A stretch of 64,000 bases of DNA from assembly GCA_951406725.2 (NCBI GenBank), contig OX597830.1, forward strand, positions 60,078,001-60,142,000. The letters are read 5' to 3'. The notes beneath the pieces were generated by a model. It ran no database searches. It was not told the origin of the DNA and was given only the letters and a program-made list of their open reading frames with translations. This DNA is from Octopus vulgaris. Lineage: Eukaryota. A program made the position numbers and the translations under genes. Every line of letters starts with the position of its first letter. Position 1 is the stretch's first letter. This document shows, piece after piece, positions 39,307-53,082 of this stretch.

Positions 39307-39405
39307 TCCATGTGATTATTTGGCAAAGAAAAAATAATAATAAATAAAATAGCCATCCCGAAATACAAAAATACACAATTTCAAATCAGGAATCTTGCAG
39401 GACGA

Positions 39406-39469
<64 letters not shown>

Positions 39470-39595
39470 AGAGAGTGAGTAACTTCTAAACTGGACTGAG
39501 GCAGTATGTTCTTTGTCTATCTCCTTAACTTGGAGATTTTAGGTATAATTATACTAATGTATCCATCTGTTCTAATTTAATTAAATTCTATATCT

Positions 39596-39688
39596 TAGTG
39601 CACCTGAAGATTGCCCTGAATTTTAAATTGATGTAATGATTGCATTGTTCAATTAAATGGAGTTGCATGAAACGATCGTACTGCATTA
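39596..39688 (+). ncRNA. hammerhead-like motif related to 36375-36467
   Basis: tagtgcac-CTGAAGA-TTGC..GCAT-GAAAC-gatc-GTA-ctgcatta, followed by CTTGTTGCTTATTT as in the 36.4-kb copy. Confidence 0.5.
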
Positions 39689-39800
39689 CCTTTGGATATC
39701 CTTGTTGCTTATTTTGATTTTAATCACCTTACTTTCAAATTGTATGGATAATACCGTACAAAATTCTGGTGCCTCAACTTAAGTACCATATTCATCTGAA

Positions 39801-39903
<103 letters not shown>

Positions 39904-40412
39904 ATATAAACATACCTACATATATGTATATATACTTGTTGTATATATATGTGTACGTGTATACATACACACATATCGTGTGGGCGTCTTTAACTATCTG
40001 CATATATTATGTGTATATCTGCCTGTTTGTATTTATATTTTCATGCACAAATATTTCTGTCTAGAAATCTGTGTCTATTTATCAATAACTATGGACCCAT
40101 AGATTGAAACTGTTTTCTTTCATATATATATTATAAACATGCGCACATATACACATATTCTAGAGTAAATGGGTTGCAGTAGAGCGCATGTGCAATGTGA
40201 ATGTTTGGTGAGGTGTGATTGGTGCACAAACAAATAAACAAAAATTCTGATTGAAAATCGCTATTCTTTCCAATCATAACCGCCAACAATATTGACGATT
40301 TCTTTTGATTTGCTGGCAGCCAATAGCAGAAAAGATTATCGTAAAATTATTTTTATTCTCTACTCACTGATGAAAAACGTAGAGGACCTGAGGAGAAAAT
40401 GTGTAGTCTTTT

Positions 40413-40495
<83 letters not shown>

Positions 40496-40819
40496 TATGT
40501 CCACAACAATACCATAATGTTTATGTTGGAGAGGCGGTTAATATACTTCAGAATATGGTTGAGTTAAATACCTCAGCGGAACAGTACAAAACACGAATAC
40601 AGTAACATCTTTATACGTTATATATATATTATATAATGGACTGAAAAAGCTTCGATCGACTGAGATTATCCAAGCTATCAATAAGAATAAACTCCCTCTA
40701 GTAGTTTTAATATCTAAGAACAAAAATCAAAAGGATTTTCACTTAACCATAATCAGTGCCACTACATGCTCTCTATTCCCCCTCCCCGCCCTGTCTCTCT
40801 CTCTCTCTCTCTCCCTCTA

Positions 40820-40965
40820 CATGGTAAGAAATTTACTTCCCAGCCATATGGTTCCAGGTTCAGTCCCATTGCGTGGCATTTAGACAAATGTCTTCAACTG
40901 TAGCCTCGGGCCGACCAAAGCTTTGTTAGTGGATTTTGTAGCCGGAAACTGAAAGAAGCCCGTCG

Positions 40966-40996
<31 letters not shown>

Positions 40997-41045
40997 CTGT
41001 CTGAGTTTGTCTACCATTATCGATTGACAACCGATGTTGATTTGA
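40820..41045 (+). mobile_element. SINE family A
   Basis: Identity to other copies. Confidence 0.8.
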
Positions 41046-42140
41046 TTAGAACGTTAAAACTTAGTGCGCATGCGCAGCAGTGATCAAGGTGAATCTGAGC
41101 CAAGCAGTTTCACACTGCGGATACCTATTAATCAGATAGCGCGCGTGCGCGTGTATGTGTGTGTATGTGTGTGTATGTGTGTATAGTGTGGTCTCTCTAT
41201 GGCTCAAGTCAGTGGTGCAAAGAGCCAAGTGCCTATGAACCTTCTAACCCTTCAACTAACTGTTATAAAATATTTCCTACCACTTCACTCCTTCATCTTT
41301 TCGTTTGTTCTTTGTTCATTCCCGTTCTTGCAGCATAGGAATAAGACAACAACTTTTTGCTCTCACAAAACAGTATTTTTCTGGTGCTATGTTCTTTTTT
41401 TTTTTTTTTTTTTACTACTGATTTCTTGAGGATAACCGTTGACCTCTGCCGCTGTTGGATTTACCTGTAGTTCAAGATTTCTGGAAAGAAGCCATACATC
41501 TTGAATTGCAATTGAAAGTAGCAGTGTGGAATGGAACAATAAAAAGATTATACTGGATATTAAGCTTAATGTTTTAAAAAAGAGAAAAATCCTGCCAAAA
41601 CACTACAGTTTGCAACGTTTATTGTGAAAACAATACCAAATAATAGAGAGACAATTAAGTCAAATGCTCAAAAAGTTAGCTCATCAATTGTTGAACCTTT
41701 TTTGTTTCCATATATATGATACGATGCTAAAAATAGAACGGCTCGTGAGTCAATGGATCGAAAAAGTATATGACCGGATTGCATTTGTCACTTTCCACGA
41801 GCAGAAATTCTACAAGAAATTAAGCAAGATATTGTGACTTTTGCAAATGATTTAGAGTTTGAAGAACTATCGAGTTTGTTGTTGTTGAATTGCTAGTGCC
41901 CCAAAGGGAAAGTTTATCTAACGAGGAGCTGATGTAATTGGAACAAAAACAGGCTAAGAATACAGATGAAAGCAAAGAAATTCCACTAGTTCCACTTAAA
42001 TTTGAGATTATATAATATAGGTACAGAATCGACAATTATAGAGGATGGTCTGAAAGCTTTTGCTGATAAATGCTCGAATGATAATAGTTGCATAAACGAT
42101 TATAAGCGTTTACAATGAGCTCAATTTCTCCGCTGAGCTA

Positions 42141-42365
42141 AGGTGGTGAGCTGGCAGAAACGTCAGCACGCCGGGCGAAATGCTTAGCGGTATTTCGTCT
42201 GCCTTTACGTTCTGAGTTCAAATTCCGCCGTGATAGACTTTGCCTTTCATCCTTTCAGGGTCGATAAATTAAGTACCAGTTACGCACTGGGGTCGATGTA
42301 ATCGACTAGCCTCCCCCCCTTCCCCATAAAATTTCGGGCCTTTTGCCTAGAGTAGAAAAGAAAAG
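42141..42365 (+). mobile_element. SINE family B (tail type 2) with 18-bp TSD
   Basis: TSD AATTTCTCC(G/A)CTGAGCTA at 42123-42140 and 42366-42383. Confidence 0.9.
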
Positions 42366-42392
42366 AATTTCTCCACTGAGCTATACAAAGAA

Positions 42393-42562
42393 CAGGGCCA
42401 GCCCTAGGGTTGCTGGCGCCCCGGGGGCAAGCTGGATTTCGGCGTGTACAAGCTGACGGTCGTGGAAATTTCCATGTCTTTGTCACGCCCTACTTGGTGC
42501 CCCCTAGTACATGGCGAGCCGGGTGGCAGCCCAAGTTGTATCGGTACCTTCAGCAGGCCCTG
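42393..42562. mobile_element. hAT-type MITE, GC-rich, 170 bp
   Basis: TIRs CAGGGCC.GC / GC.GGCCCTG; 8-bp TSD ACAAAGAA / ACAAAGAG. Confidence 0.8.
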
Positions 42563-42694
42563 ACAAAGAGATGATGTGTCATAAATATCAAATTTTATTC
42601 GCATTATCAAGTAAATACTGATGATGATGATGAACTATAACACAGAAGATAGTAACCCTCCGAATAAATATCATTCTATCACTACCCTTTAGAC

Positions 42695-43000
42695 CAGGGC
42701 TGGCAACCCGAGGCCCGCAGATGTTTATCTTGCGGTCTACGTGATATTTTCTTGAAGTATTGTGTTTAATTTCAAAATAAAATTGTTTGTGTAAAATATT
42801 TGTTTCAGAATTTAAAATTTTTAAGCGGCAATAAAGCAAAAGCCTACAATTTTATAATTTTAAACAAACGAAAAGTATGAAAAATTTTTGATTCTGTAAT
42901 TTGATTATTTGACTATTAGTGCATTAATTATTCAAGCGGTCCTCAAAAACCTTTCTAAGATTAAAATGGCCCACAATGTAATTCGAGTTTGCCAGGCCTG
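42695..43000. mobile_element. hAT-Charlie-type MITE
   Basis: Ends CAGGGCTGGCAA / TTGCCAGGCCTG; flanks CTTTAGAC / TCTTAGAC resemble the Charlie 8-bp target. Confidence 0.72.
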
Positions 43001-43325
43001 TCTTAGACAATAGTCAAGATCTTTGGAAGCGCATATCTTTATTCTATATAACGATTCCTATTTATTCTTAACGTATACAATAAATATACATACTGTGTTG
43101 AACTACATATAGAAATTGCTATTTTTATGCATAAAAGTGATCGTGTTCAGTTTTTCCTTTCTTTCTTTTTTTTTTTTGAAAATATCCGTCGGAACGTATT
43201 ATCATTTTATAACATGAAAATCAATGGGGAAAATAATTCCGTGTTACGGGATTTCATGTTATGACAAGTTTATCAGGGACATACTGCTTCCGTAACGCGT
43301 ATACATACATACATACATACATACA

Positions 43326-43356
<31 letters not shown>

Positions 43357-44417
43357 GTACGTATATATGTATATATGGTATGTATGTATGTGTTTACTTG
43401 TATGTGTATGTACGTATGTATAATATGTGTGCTTGGAGTACAATATGCATGTAAACTACATAAAATATATGATGCAAATATCATAATGAATTGAAAAAAA
43501 TAGAACATCAAAAAGTACAATTAAATAAATTACATGCAAATACGTATAATACATATGTATTTATGGCATTTTGTCACCGAAACAGTTTTTGTTTCAGGCT
43601 GTTCATGATTCTCCCATCAAACCATTGTGCAAAATTTTAAAAAGTAGAACAGAGTACAACAAACAATAACAACACTAACAACAACAACACCAAGAACAAC
43701 ACAAAAACAAACTCAACAAAATAAGAAGGAAAACAACAAGGTCAGAATATCAATGAACTGTAATTGTATTTTAACAAAAGAGCGAATGAAAAACGGCATT
43801 TCCCTCCCTTCGTTTCTCTTCTCTATCTCTCTCTATCCTCCACCACTGCTGTCCGCCTTTCTCTCTTGTTCACTGTCGCTTTTTTTTTAAAATTCTTTCC
43901 ATCTATCCTGCTTTGACACTTTATATTTCATTTTTCATTCTTTCTTTCCTTTCACATTTCTTTCTCTCCCTATCTTTCATTTTCATCTTTTCCTCTCTGC
44001 TTCGTTTCCTTTGTTTATTTTTCATGTACTTCTGTGTTTGTTTCTTGCTGTCTTTATATTTTAATATTTTCTTTTTGAAGTTTACACCATAATTCTTTCT
44101 TTCCCACACTCATTCTCTATCCCTTTCTCCACCCCCATTTAATACATACATACACGCATGCATACAAACATGCATACATTCATAGATGTAGGCACACATA
44201 CTAACGTACATACATAGATGCATACATATATACATGCATACAGAGAAACAGACAGGCAGATATACATACATAGATGCATACATACCCACATGCGTACATA
44301 TGTATATACGTACATATATAATTACACATACATACATGCATACATGCGTACATACACACATACATACATACATATATAAAGACAGTCAGATATACATACA
44401 TACATACATACATACAT

Positions 44418-44448
<31 letters not shown>

Positions 44449-44600
44449 TACATACATACATACATACATACATACATACATACATACATACACACATACA
44501 TACATACATACATATATACATACATACATACACACATACATACATACATATATACATACACACATACATACACACATACATACATACACACATACATACA

Positions 44601-44634
<34 letters not shown>

Positions 44635-44955
44635 CATACATACATACATACACACATACATATCTATATACATACACACACATACATAAATATGCATATG
44701 TATGTATATCATCCACTCTCTACCTCGACTCTCATATTCTTCTCCTTCCTTTAACTTCCATTAACATTACCCCCGCTCCTACCCCATATATCCTGCCACT
44801 TCACTTCCGACTACTCGTCCTGCACCACCCTTATATGTGCGTGCGCATGTGCACGCATTCGTGCCTCTGTGTATATATACATACATACATACACACACAC
44901 ACGCACACAAACACACATATATATATACATACACACACACACATATATATATAGT

Positions 44956-44997
<42 letters not shown>

Positions 44998-45066
44998 AAA
45001 TCAAGATATATGTACATATACATGTACGTCAAAAATACTTATCTGCGTATGTACACACACACAAAC

Positions 45067-45151
<85 letters not shown>

Positions 45152-45364
45152 TTACTATAAATGTTATGTAGGCTAACTGAATTTAAAGCAAGTACATCGA
45201 AGTACATAGATATTGTTCTATATCTATGTTTGTCCTGTGTTGCTTAAATTTAATTAGACGACGTAACATTACATGAATTTATATTACTCTTAACTTCACT
45301 TTTACTAAGCTCTCTAGTACAGTTCTGCAAAAGAAAATACGTACTAGTGGTATCTTGTGAATAC

Positions 45365-45477
<113 letters not shown>

Positions 45478-45603
45478 TGTATGTATGTATGTATGTATGT
45501 ATGTGTGTATGTATGTATGTATGTATGTATGTATGTATGTATGTATGTATGTATGTATGTATATGTATATGTATATATATATACGATCTGATTACCTCAT
45601 TTC

Positions 45604-45694
<91 letters not shown>

Positions 45695-45882
45695 GTGTGT
45701 GTCTGTGTGTGTGTGCCCGGTTGTTTTAATCGTGTAAAATGAAATCGTATAAATCGGGGCTGATATGGTTTTAACGATATTATTAATAAACACACGCGCG
45801 CGCGCGCATAAAATTTGATTATTCACTGAAATGGAGATAATAAATACGATTTTCATATGTATATACGTATATGTGTCTGTAT

Positions 45883-45935
<53 letters not shown>

Positions 45936-45989
45936 CATACACATAGTTATATGTATGTATGCTTGCACATAAGATATGCATAAGCATGC

Positions 45990-46332
45990 TTGCATGCATG
46001 TATGTATGTATGTATGTATGTATGTATGTATGTATGTATGTATTTATGTATGTATGCAATTATGTATGTATGTATGTATGTATGTATGTATTTATGTATG
46101 TATGTATGTATGTATGTATGTCGGTAGGTATGTGTGTGTATGTATGTATATATGTATGTATGTGTGTATGTATGTATGTATGTATGTATGTATGTATTTA
46201 TGTATGTATGTATGTATGTCGGTAGGTATGTGTGTGTATGTATGTATATATGTATGTATGTGTGTATGTATGTATGTATGTATGTATGTATGTATGTATG
46301 TATGTATGTATGTATGTATGTATGTATGTATG

Positions 46333-46366
<34 letters not shown>

Positions 46367-46710
46367 TTTATTTATGTATGTATGCATGCATGTATGTATG
46401 TATGTATGTATGTATGTATGTATGTATGTATGTATGTATGTATGTATGCATGTATGTATGTATGTATGTATGTATGTATGTATGTATGTATGTATTTATG
46501 TATGTATGTATGTATGTATGTATGTCGGTAGGTATGTGTGTGTATGTATGTATATATGTATGTATGTGTGTATGTATGTATGTATGTATGTATGTATGTT
46601 TGTATGTATGTATGTATGTATGTATGTATGTATGTATGTATGTATGTATGCATGCATGAATGTATGTATGTATGTATATATGTATGTATGTATGTATGTG
46701 TGTATGTGTG

Positions 46711-46744
<34 letters not shown>

Positions 46745-46916
46745 TGTGTGTATGTATGTATATATGTATGTATGTGTGTATGTATGTATATATGTATGTA
46801 TGTATGTGTGTATGTGTGTATATATGTATGTATGTATGTATGTATGTGTGTATGTATGTATATATGTATGTATGTGTGTATGTGTGTATATATGTATGTA
46901 TGTATGTATGTATGTA
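45990..46916 (+). repeat. ~0.9-kb (TATG)n array with higher-order variant blocks
   Basis: TATGTCGGTAGGTATGTGTGTG occurs three times (near 46118, 46215 and 46521). Confidence 0.92.
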
Positions 46917-47404
46917 CATTCCGCTGCGCACGCGTGTTTGTTGTGGTAAAATCATGCGTGCAAAACCACAGATTTCGCCCCTACATTTCTTATAATGATA
47001 TTACGTGGATGTGTTGTACGTTTTAAACTTATCTCTTCTGATGTCTTTTTTCCTGTTTCCTTTAATTGTTCGAGCGGTTGCTACGCTTATATCAAACTGC
47101 TTCGCACTTTCTGGTGAAACCTTTCCCTTTTTAGTTTGATTTAATATATCAATTATCATCTATTTTTTATCTTTCATCTTTTACTTGCTTCAGTCATTGG
47201 ACTGCGGCCTTGTTGGGGCACCGCCTTAATGGGTTTTAGTTGAACGGACTGACCCCTGTAGTTATCTTTTTAAAGCCTGACACTTCATATCAGTCTCTTA
47301 TACCTTAGAATGATGGATTAACTCAGCATTTGGAAGTCTGATATTCAATTTCGAAAATATTCATCATCATCGTCATCGTTGTCGTCGTCATCATCATCAT
47401 TAAT

Positions 47405-47638
47405 GCCTATTTCTTTACTACCCACAAGGGGCTAAACACAGAGAGGACAAACAAGGACAGACAAAGGGATTAAGTCGATTTTATCGACCACAGTGCGTAA
47501 CTGGTACTTAATTTATCGACCCCGAAAAGATGAAAGGCAAAGTCGACCTCGGCGGAATTTGAACTCAGAACGTAAGAGCAGACGAAATACGGCTGCGCAT
47601 TTCACCCGGCGTGCTAACGTTTCTGCCAGCTCGCCGCC
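47405..47638 (-). mobile_element. SINE family B (tail type 1) in an (ATC)n tract
   Basis: Full reverse copy. Confidence 0.88.
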
Positions 47639-48844
47639 TTATCATCATCATCATCATCAATGCCGCCATCATCATCATGATTGTATGGATCAGATGAAAT
47701 TCACTGGGACACATTTTTTTCTACGGTCGAATACCCATCTTGAGCTCAGCTTTCAAGCAGCGTAACAACGAACAGATCGGACATGATTTTGCAGAGAACA
47801 GTAAACATACGACGACACCGCTGCCTGCATGGGCAGTGAAGCTTTTTGTTTGCAATTTGCAGGAACATGTCAAGAAGCTTGGACATGTTTTCGCAGTGGG
47901 CTACAAACATCGTCTGTATGACTTTGTTTAAAAGCACTGCGTATGCATACGAAGATATGCGAGGGAATACGAACATAGTCACGCACACATGCATACATAT
48001 TTAGCGATGTGGTAAACGGTGCAATGTGGCTAAAACCCTTGTAATATTATATGTTCGAGTTTTTATAAGAGTCAGGATAAAGAACATCAAGAAATACGAA
48101 GACAAGTTAAAGTTGACTGCAATATTTATTCCGCCGCTAAAAGGAAATACAGCAAACTGGTATAACATGAATAAATCTGTCACATAAAATGCATAGTATC
48201 AAAGTGATTCTTGAAGATGAAGATGAACGCCGGAATAAGAAAAAAACATGGCATCAAGGAATCTTGCTAACAATTCTCTCTTCACTGATTAAACTCAAAA
48301 GACCTGTAAGCTAAAAAAAAGACCGTAATTTTGGCTTTGGTGACTTCAAGCATCCACTCGGCACGCACAAGAATGGCCATGTGACAACTTGCAGAAAATT
48401 CCTTGCTGGAGCCCATAAGGGACTATTTAAGGATAAACAACCAAAACTTGAACATCGCATCACTACACATACATAACGGGCTTTTGTCAGGTTCACTCAC
48501 AAGGAATTGGCCAACTCGCAGAGATAGTAAAAGACGCCATGCAACCGCAGTGGGATCGAACACCTAACCACTTAGTTGTCCCGAAGTGATCTACATGACT
48601 GCATTTATAATACGATATGGAAAAAATTATTTTACCTTACGTGTTAGTTTGGAGTGTGATCTACAGCACCATCGAAAAAAAAACAGAAAGAAATTAAAAT
48701 GAAACTAAAACGATCAGAGAAGGGAAAACAATAAAGAGGTGTTTCGGTTTGTTTCGATATAAAGAAGAAGACAGAAGCTAAAACTGTGCCCAGGGGGAAC
48801 TGTGTCAAACGACACACGTACACACATCTTTTGTCGTTTATCTT

Positions 48845-49127
48845 CGACATGTTTCAGTCATTAGATTGCGGCAATGCTGGGGCAATGCCGTGAAAAATTT
48901 TCAGTCGAATGAATCAACCTTACAACTTAGTTTTTTTAAAGTCTGGTACTTATTTTAACGGTCTCTTTTGCCGAACCACTAGTTTACAAGTACATAAAGA
49001 CACCAACACCGGTTGTCATGGGTGGGAGAATTCAAACACAGACATAGACACACGTACAAATACACACACGCATACACACACAGCACACGCACATACACAC
49101 ACACACACGCACACACACATACGCACG

Positions 49128-49210
<83 letters not shown>

Positions 49211-49370
49211 ATTTATACGACAGGCTTCTTTTTGCTTCTGTCTACCCAAATCCGCTGACAAGGCTTTAGTTGGCCTGAGGCTATAGTAAAAGACAATTGG
49301 CCAAGATGCCACGCAGTGGGACTGAACCTCGAACCATGTAGTTGGGAAGCAAGCTTCTTACTACACAGCC
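48845..49370 (-). mobile_element. SINE family A with expanded internal (CA)n
   Basis: Identity to other copies. Confidence 0.82.
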
Positions 49371-49429
49371 TCTGTGTGTGTGTGTGTGTGTGTAAGTGTG
49401 TGTGTGTGTGTGTGTGTGTGTGAGTTTGT

Positions 49430-49590
49430 GTCCGTCGGTCTTTACGTTCTGAGTTCAAATCCCACCAAGGTCGACTTTAACTTTCATTCTTTCGGGATCG
49501 ATAAAATAAATACCAGGTAAACACTGAGGTCGATGTAATACCAACCTATCCCTGCCCCCGAAATTACTGGCCTTGTACCAACATTTGAAA
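49430..49590 (+). mobile_element. SINE family B fragment
   Basis: TACGTTCTGAGTTCAAATCCC..GTCGACTTT..GATAAAATAAATACCAG. Confidence 0.75.
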
Positions 49591-49642
<52 letters not shown>

Positions 49643-49654
49643 TACAGCCACTAG

Positions 49655-49808
49655 ACATTTTTTCTCTCCTTGTTTTTTTCTGTCCCTTTCTGTAGAAGAG
49701 CGTAGGCTCGAAAGGTAAAAGACTTTTTCAATTCCTGAGCGTTATATTAATACATCTATTTGTTTTGTACACCACCTGTCTTCGTCTTTTGCTTTTTTGT
49801 GAACTCTT

Positions 49809-49810
<2 letters not shown>
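49655..49810 (+). repeat. (TA)n-flanked repeat with degenerate minimal hammerhead-like core
   Basis: cttt-CTGTAGA-A-GAGC-gtag-GCTC-GAAAG-GTA-aaag at 49686-49721. Confidence 0.5.
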
Positions 49811-49858
<48 letters not shown>

Positions 49859-50026
49859 AATATATTATTAATAATAAATAAAAATATTAGTGGTTATTCC
49901 AAGCATGAATCGTGAAGGCAAGTTTAAAAATTATGGTGGAACTGGAACTCCGAAGCCACAGACACCTCACCTAAAAACAAGCATAGTGAAAATCGGGCAG
50001 AGAATAAAAGTTTAGGCTCCTACCTA

Positions 50027-50115
<89 letters not shown>

Positions 50116-50168
50116 ATTTATTTTCAAAAGCACAAACTCTGATAGAACAGCAGACAGGATAAAAAATC

Positions 50169-50444
50169 CATACAAAGCAGAAAACTATGTCAGCAACCAG
50201 CCATGAGATTCGAACTCATATGCTTTTGATTGCTGGTCAAGTGTTTCTAAAGGCAAATATTGGTTTGTTTACATTTATCGCAATAAACTTTGCAGCCTTG
50301 CCGTGTTCTACTCGGTAGTTGTATAGGTTCTAAAATCTATCAGTGGATAGTTTAGCTTAATTGTAAAGCACTTGACCGGTAACCAAAGGGATGTAAGTTC
50401 GAGTTTCATGGCTAGTTGCTGACATATTTTGCCGATTTGTATAG
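50169..50444. mobile_element. inverted pair of tRNA-like units (divergent twin tRNA-derived repeat)
   Basis: Right unit has A-box TAGCTTAATTGTAAAGC and B-box AGTTCGAGT. Left unit (minus) has anticodon arm TTGA-ccagcaa-TCAA and T-arm ATGAG-ttcgaat-CTCAT. Both continue CATGGCT.GTTGCTGACATA. Confidence 0.6.
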
Positions 50445-50761
50445 CCAGTTACATAGATAGATATTTGTGAGTGTGCATCAAATACAATCTAGTTCCTTGT
50501 TGACTAAAATTGTTGTTGGAAAACAGTCAGGGACGCTTGTTACGTGAAACATTGATATTTATTCTTTTATTTGTTACAGTCATTTGACTGCGGCCATGCT
50601 GGAGCACCGCCTTTAGTCGAGCAAATCAACTTCAGGACTTATTCTTTGTAAGCCTAGTACTTATTCTATCGGTCTCTCTTACCGAACCGCTAAGTGACGG
50701 GGACGTAAACACACCAGCATCGGTTGTCAAGCAATGTTGGGGGGACAAACACAGACACACA

Positions 50762-50828
<67 letters not shown>

Positions 50829-51301
50829 GACGGGCTTCTTTCAGTTTCCGTCTACCAAATACACTCACAAGGCATTGGTCGACTCGAGGCTATAGTAGAA
50901 GACACTCTCCCAAGGTGCCACGCAGTGGGACTGAACCCGGAACCATGTGGTTGGTAAGGAAGCTACTTTATTTCAAAAATGTTGCTATAAAGGCATGACA
51001 CAGAGTAGCTTGCGGGCCGGACAAAGACATTGATGTGGTGAATGATGAAAAGGATGATATTAATGGGAGAAGACAAAAAAAACGACCGTCGGTTTTTTGC
51101 TTTTCTAAAACATTATTCTTTTTTCCACCGAAAAAAGACAAAAGGGGATAATGAATCTCTTACTTCAGTTTTAGAATTATGGACCAATAGTCCATTTAAA
51201 AATTGGGGCGTTAAGCCTCTTAAACACAATAGCATACAATAAACATTAAACATTATACAATAAGCAACATTATAACACTGAGGTTTTTCAATCTCTTGTC
51301 A

Positions 51302-52573
51302 CTATTCATCCCCAACATCGCTTGTGCCCGTATACTCCGCCATCCCCTACGCCTCATTCAAGGCTAAAGTGGGATCCGAGCCGGCGTCGCCCGGCCACAA
51401 CCGATATTCCTCATTGAGTCCCTGCAGCCTATACCTCACAGACAACGTTATGACCTCCACAGCTATCTGCGGAGGCCATTCGAGACCCTGTGTGAAGGTT
51501 AAATGTACCCCTTTATGGTGCTTTTCCACCCCCTCTTCCATCTCACCGCCTCTGTAGAAGAAGACTAATAGTTCCTCTTCCTCTGGGTTCGAGGTAGTCA
51601 ATTCTACCGTTGGCGACACAATTCCCCCTAACAGTGTCTCTTCCCCTGCCGGTGGCACAACCCCTCCCGGCAAGGTTCCGGGACATTCCGGTGCTATGTC
51701 ACCGACTGCCAGCAATGTCCCGTTTCTCTTCCTCTTCCTCTTTTTTTCTTCTCAACTGAGGGAGGGTGCGTCTCCTCCGTGACCGGGAGATTTGCCTCCC
51801 TTCCCTCATCCCCAGGATCCTTCGGTGAGCACCCATTGTTGCTCACCTTCTTCCTCTTGCGACCCTTCTTTGAGGAGGCCTCTGTCTCCTCGGCCGCCTT
51901 CGTTCCTTCTTCTACAGAGGTCTCAATCAACTGCTCCAAGTCTTTGCTTTGTTCCTGAGGACAGATTTTCTTTATATGGCCAGACTCCAGGCACCGATGA
52001 CACCTGGGGGGGGGGGGGGGGCAACCCTCAAGTATCACCGGGTATCTGCACCCGACCATTTTCAAAAAATCTGGCATAACCAGATTCATGGCTGATTGAG
52101 TCCACAGAGTCAAAGAAGCTTTTGACCCAACCCAATCAGCCGCAGGAAGAATTTTCACATTGAGGAGCCTGGCTCCGCTACCACCCAGACCCCGACGGAT
52201 AGTATCCTCTATCTACTGGAGTTCAATACGGGTGACAAACCACAGACCCAAGCCCTCATCAATTTTTTCCCACAATAAGTGGGAAGAAACAAAATATCTT
52301 TACCCTCAAAGGGCTGACACGCAAAACTGCGAGCCCCTCTGAGGTGTCAAACAGCAACAACACCGTTGCATATTTGACACCCCTAGAGATATACTTAATG
52401 GTTGGCAGATGTTCCGCCAGCTGTTGCTCAATCATCTGCTTGGAGAAGACGGCAATGGTGTCGAGAACCTTCGAATATGTTCTCAACGCCACCGTCCTCC
52501 CTTCTTGCTGTCTGAGCCACTCCTTAGGTGGCACAATCTCCTACTCTACAATCTTATCCGTATTTTTTGCCAT
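51302..52573 (-). pseudogene. ORF1/gag-like nucleic-acid-binding protein with zinc knuckle (disrupted)
   Basis: ATG at 52573 (MAKNTDKIV..). Frames 52259-52534, 51694-52158 (RCHRCLESGHIKKIC = CX2CX4HX4C, then basic KKGRKRKK) and 51347-51715 join through frameshifts and stops. Confidence 0.65.
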
Positions 52574-52802
52574 GTTTTAAAATATAAAGTAAAAAGTCCC
52601 AAACAATAGTTCACAAATTTCAAAAAGAAAAGAGAGAAATTAAAAGGAAACAAAAGGGAAGAAGAGAAAAAGCAAACAGTTCAACAAGAAAGTCACAATA
52701 GAAGAAAAAAACAATAGTTGAACAAAACACAGCAAAACATCTTTTAGGTATTCAGATACTCCAAACTCTATGGTACTCCGATTAGAACCTGAACTGCTCC
52801 AA

Positions 52803-53082
52803 TTGAAATACAGCTTTCCAATTATTGGTAAACGTAGTTGTAAAAATACACACTATTTAAAACAGCGAACGACTTTTGGTAGCAGGATACGCCACCAAAC
52901 TATACTTCTCACAATGAGAAAAAAGTTCACTTCATGTGAACACTTGAAATACAGCTTTCCAATAAATCGTAAATGTTGTTGTAAAAACATACACTATTAA
53001 AAAGTGAACAACTTTTGGTTGAATGATACACCCCCAAACTGTACTTCTCACGAGAAAAAATTTTTTTCACTTAATGTGAACA
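52803..53082 (+). repeat. two tandem ~140-bp monomers in the 5' leader of the ORF1-only element
   Basis: TTGAAATACAGCTTTCCAAT..CACTATT..ACTTTTGGT..ACTTCTCAC..TTCACTT.ATGTGAACA occurs twice. Confidence 0.85.

Larger units (their letters stand above)
41440..42670 (+). mobile_element. second Tigger/pogo-like remnant
   Basis: GCTGTTGGATTTACCTGTAGTTCAAGA..CTTGAATTGCAA and TTTACAATGAGCTCA..GAGCTATACAAA align with the reverse complement of 26500-28700. ELL..RESLSNEELM*LE motif present. Confidence 0.65.

Noticed and set aside
45990-46916. Regularly recurring motif that could mimic a CRISPR array
   Set aside because: Eukaryotic microsatellite with variant blocks; no unique spacers and no cas genes.
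47740-48180. Complex sequence that might be a host exon
   Set aside because: No recognisable motif in any frame and no convincing splice pair; left unassigned.
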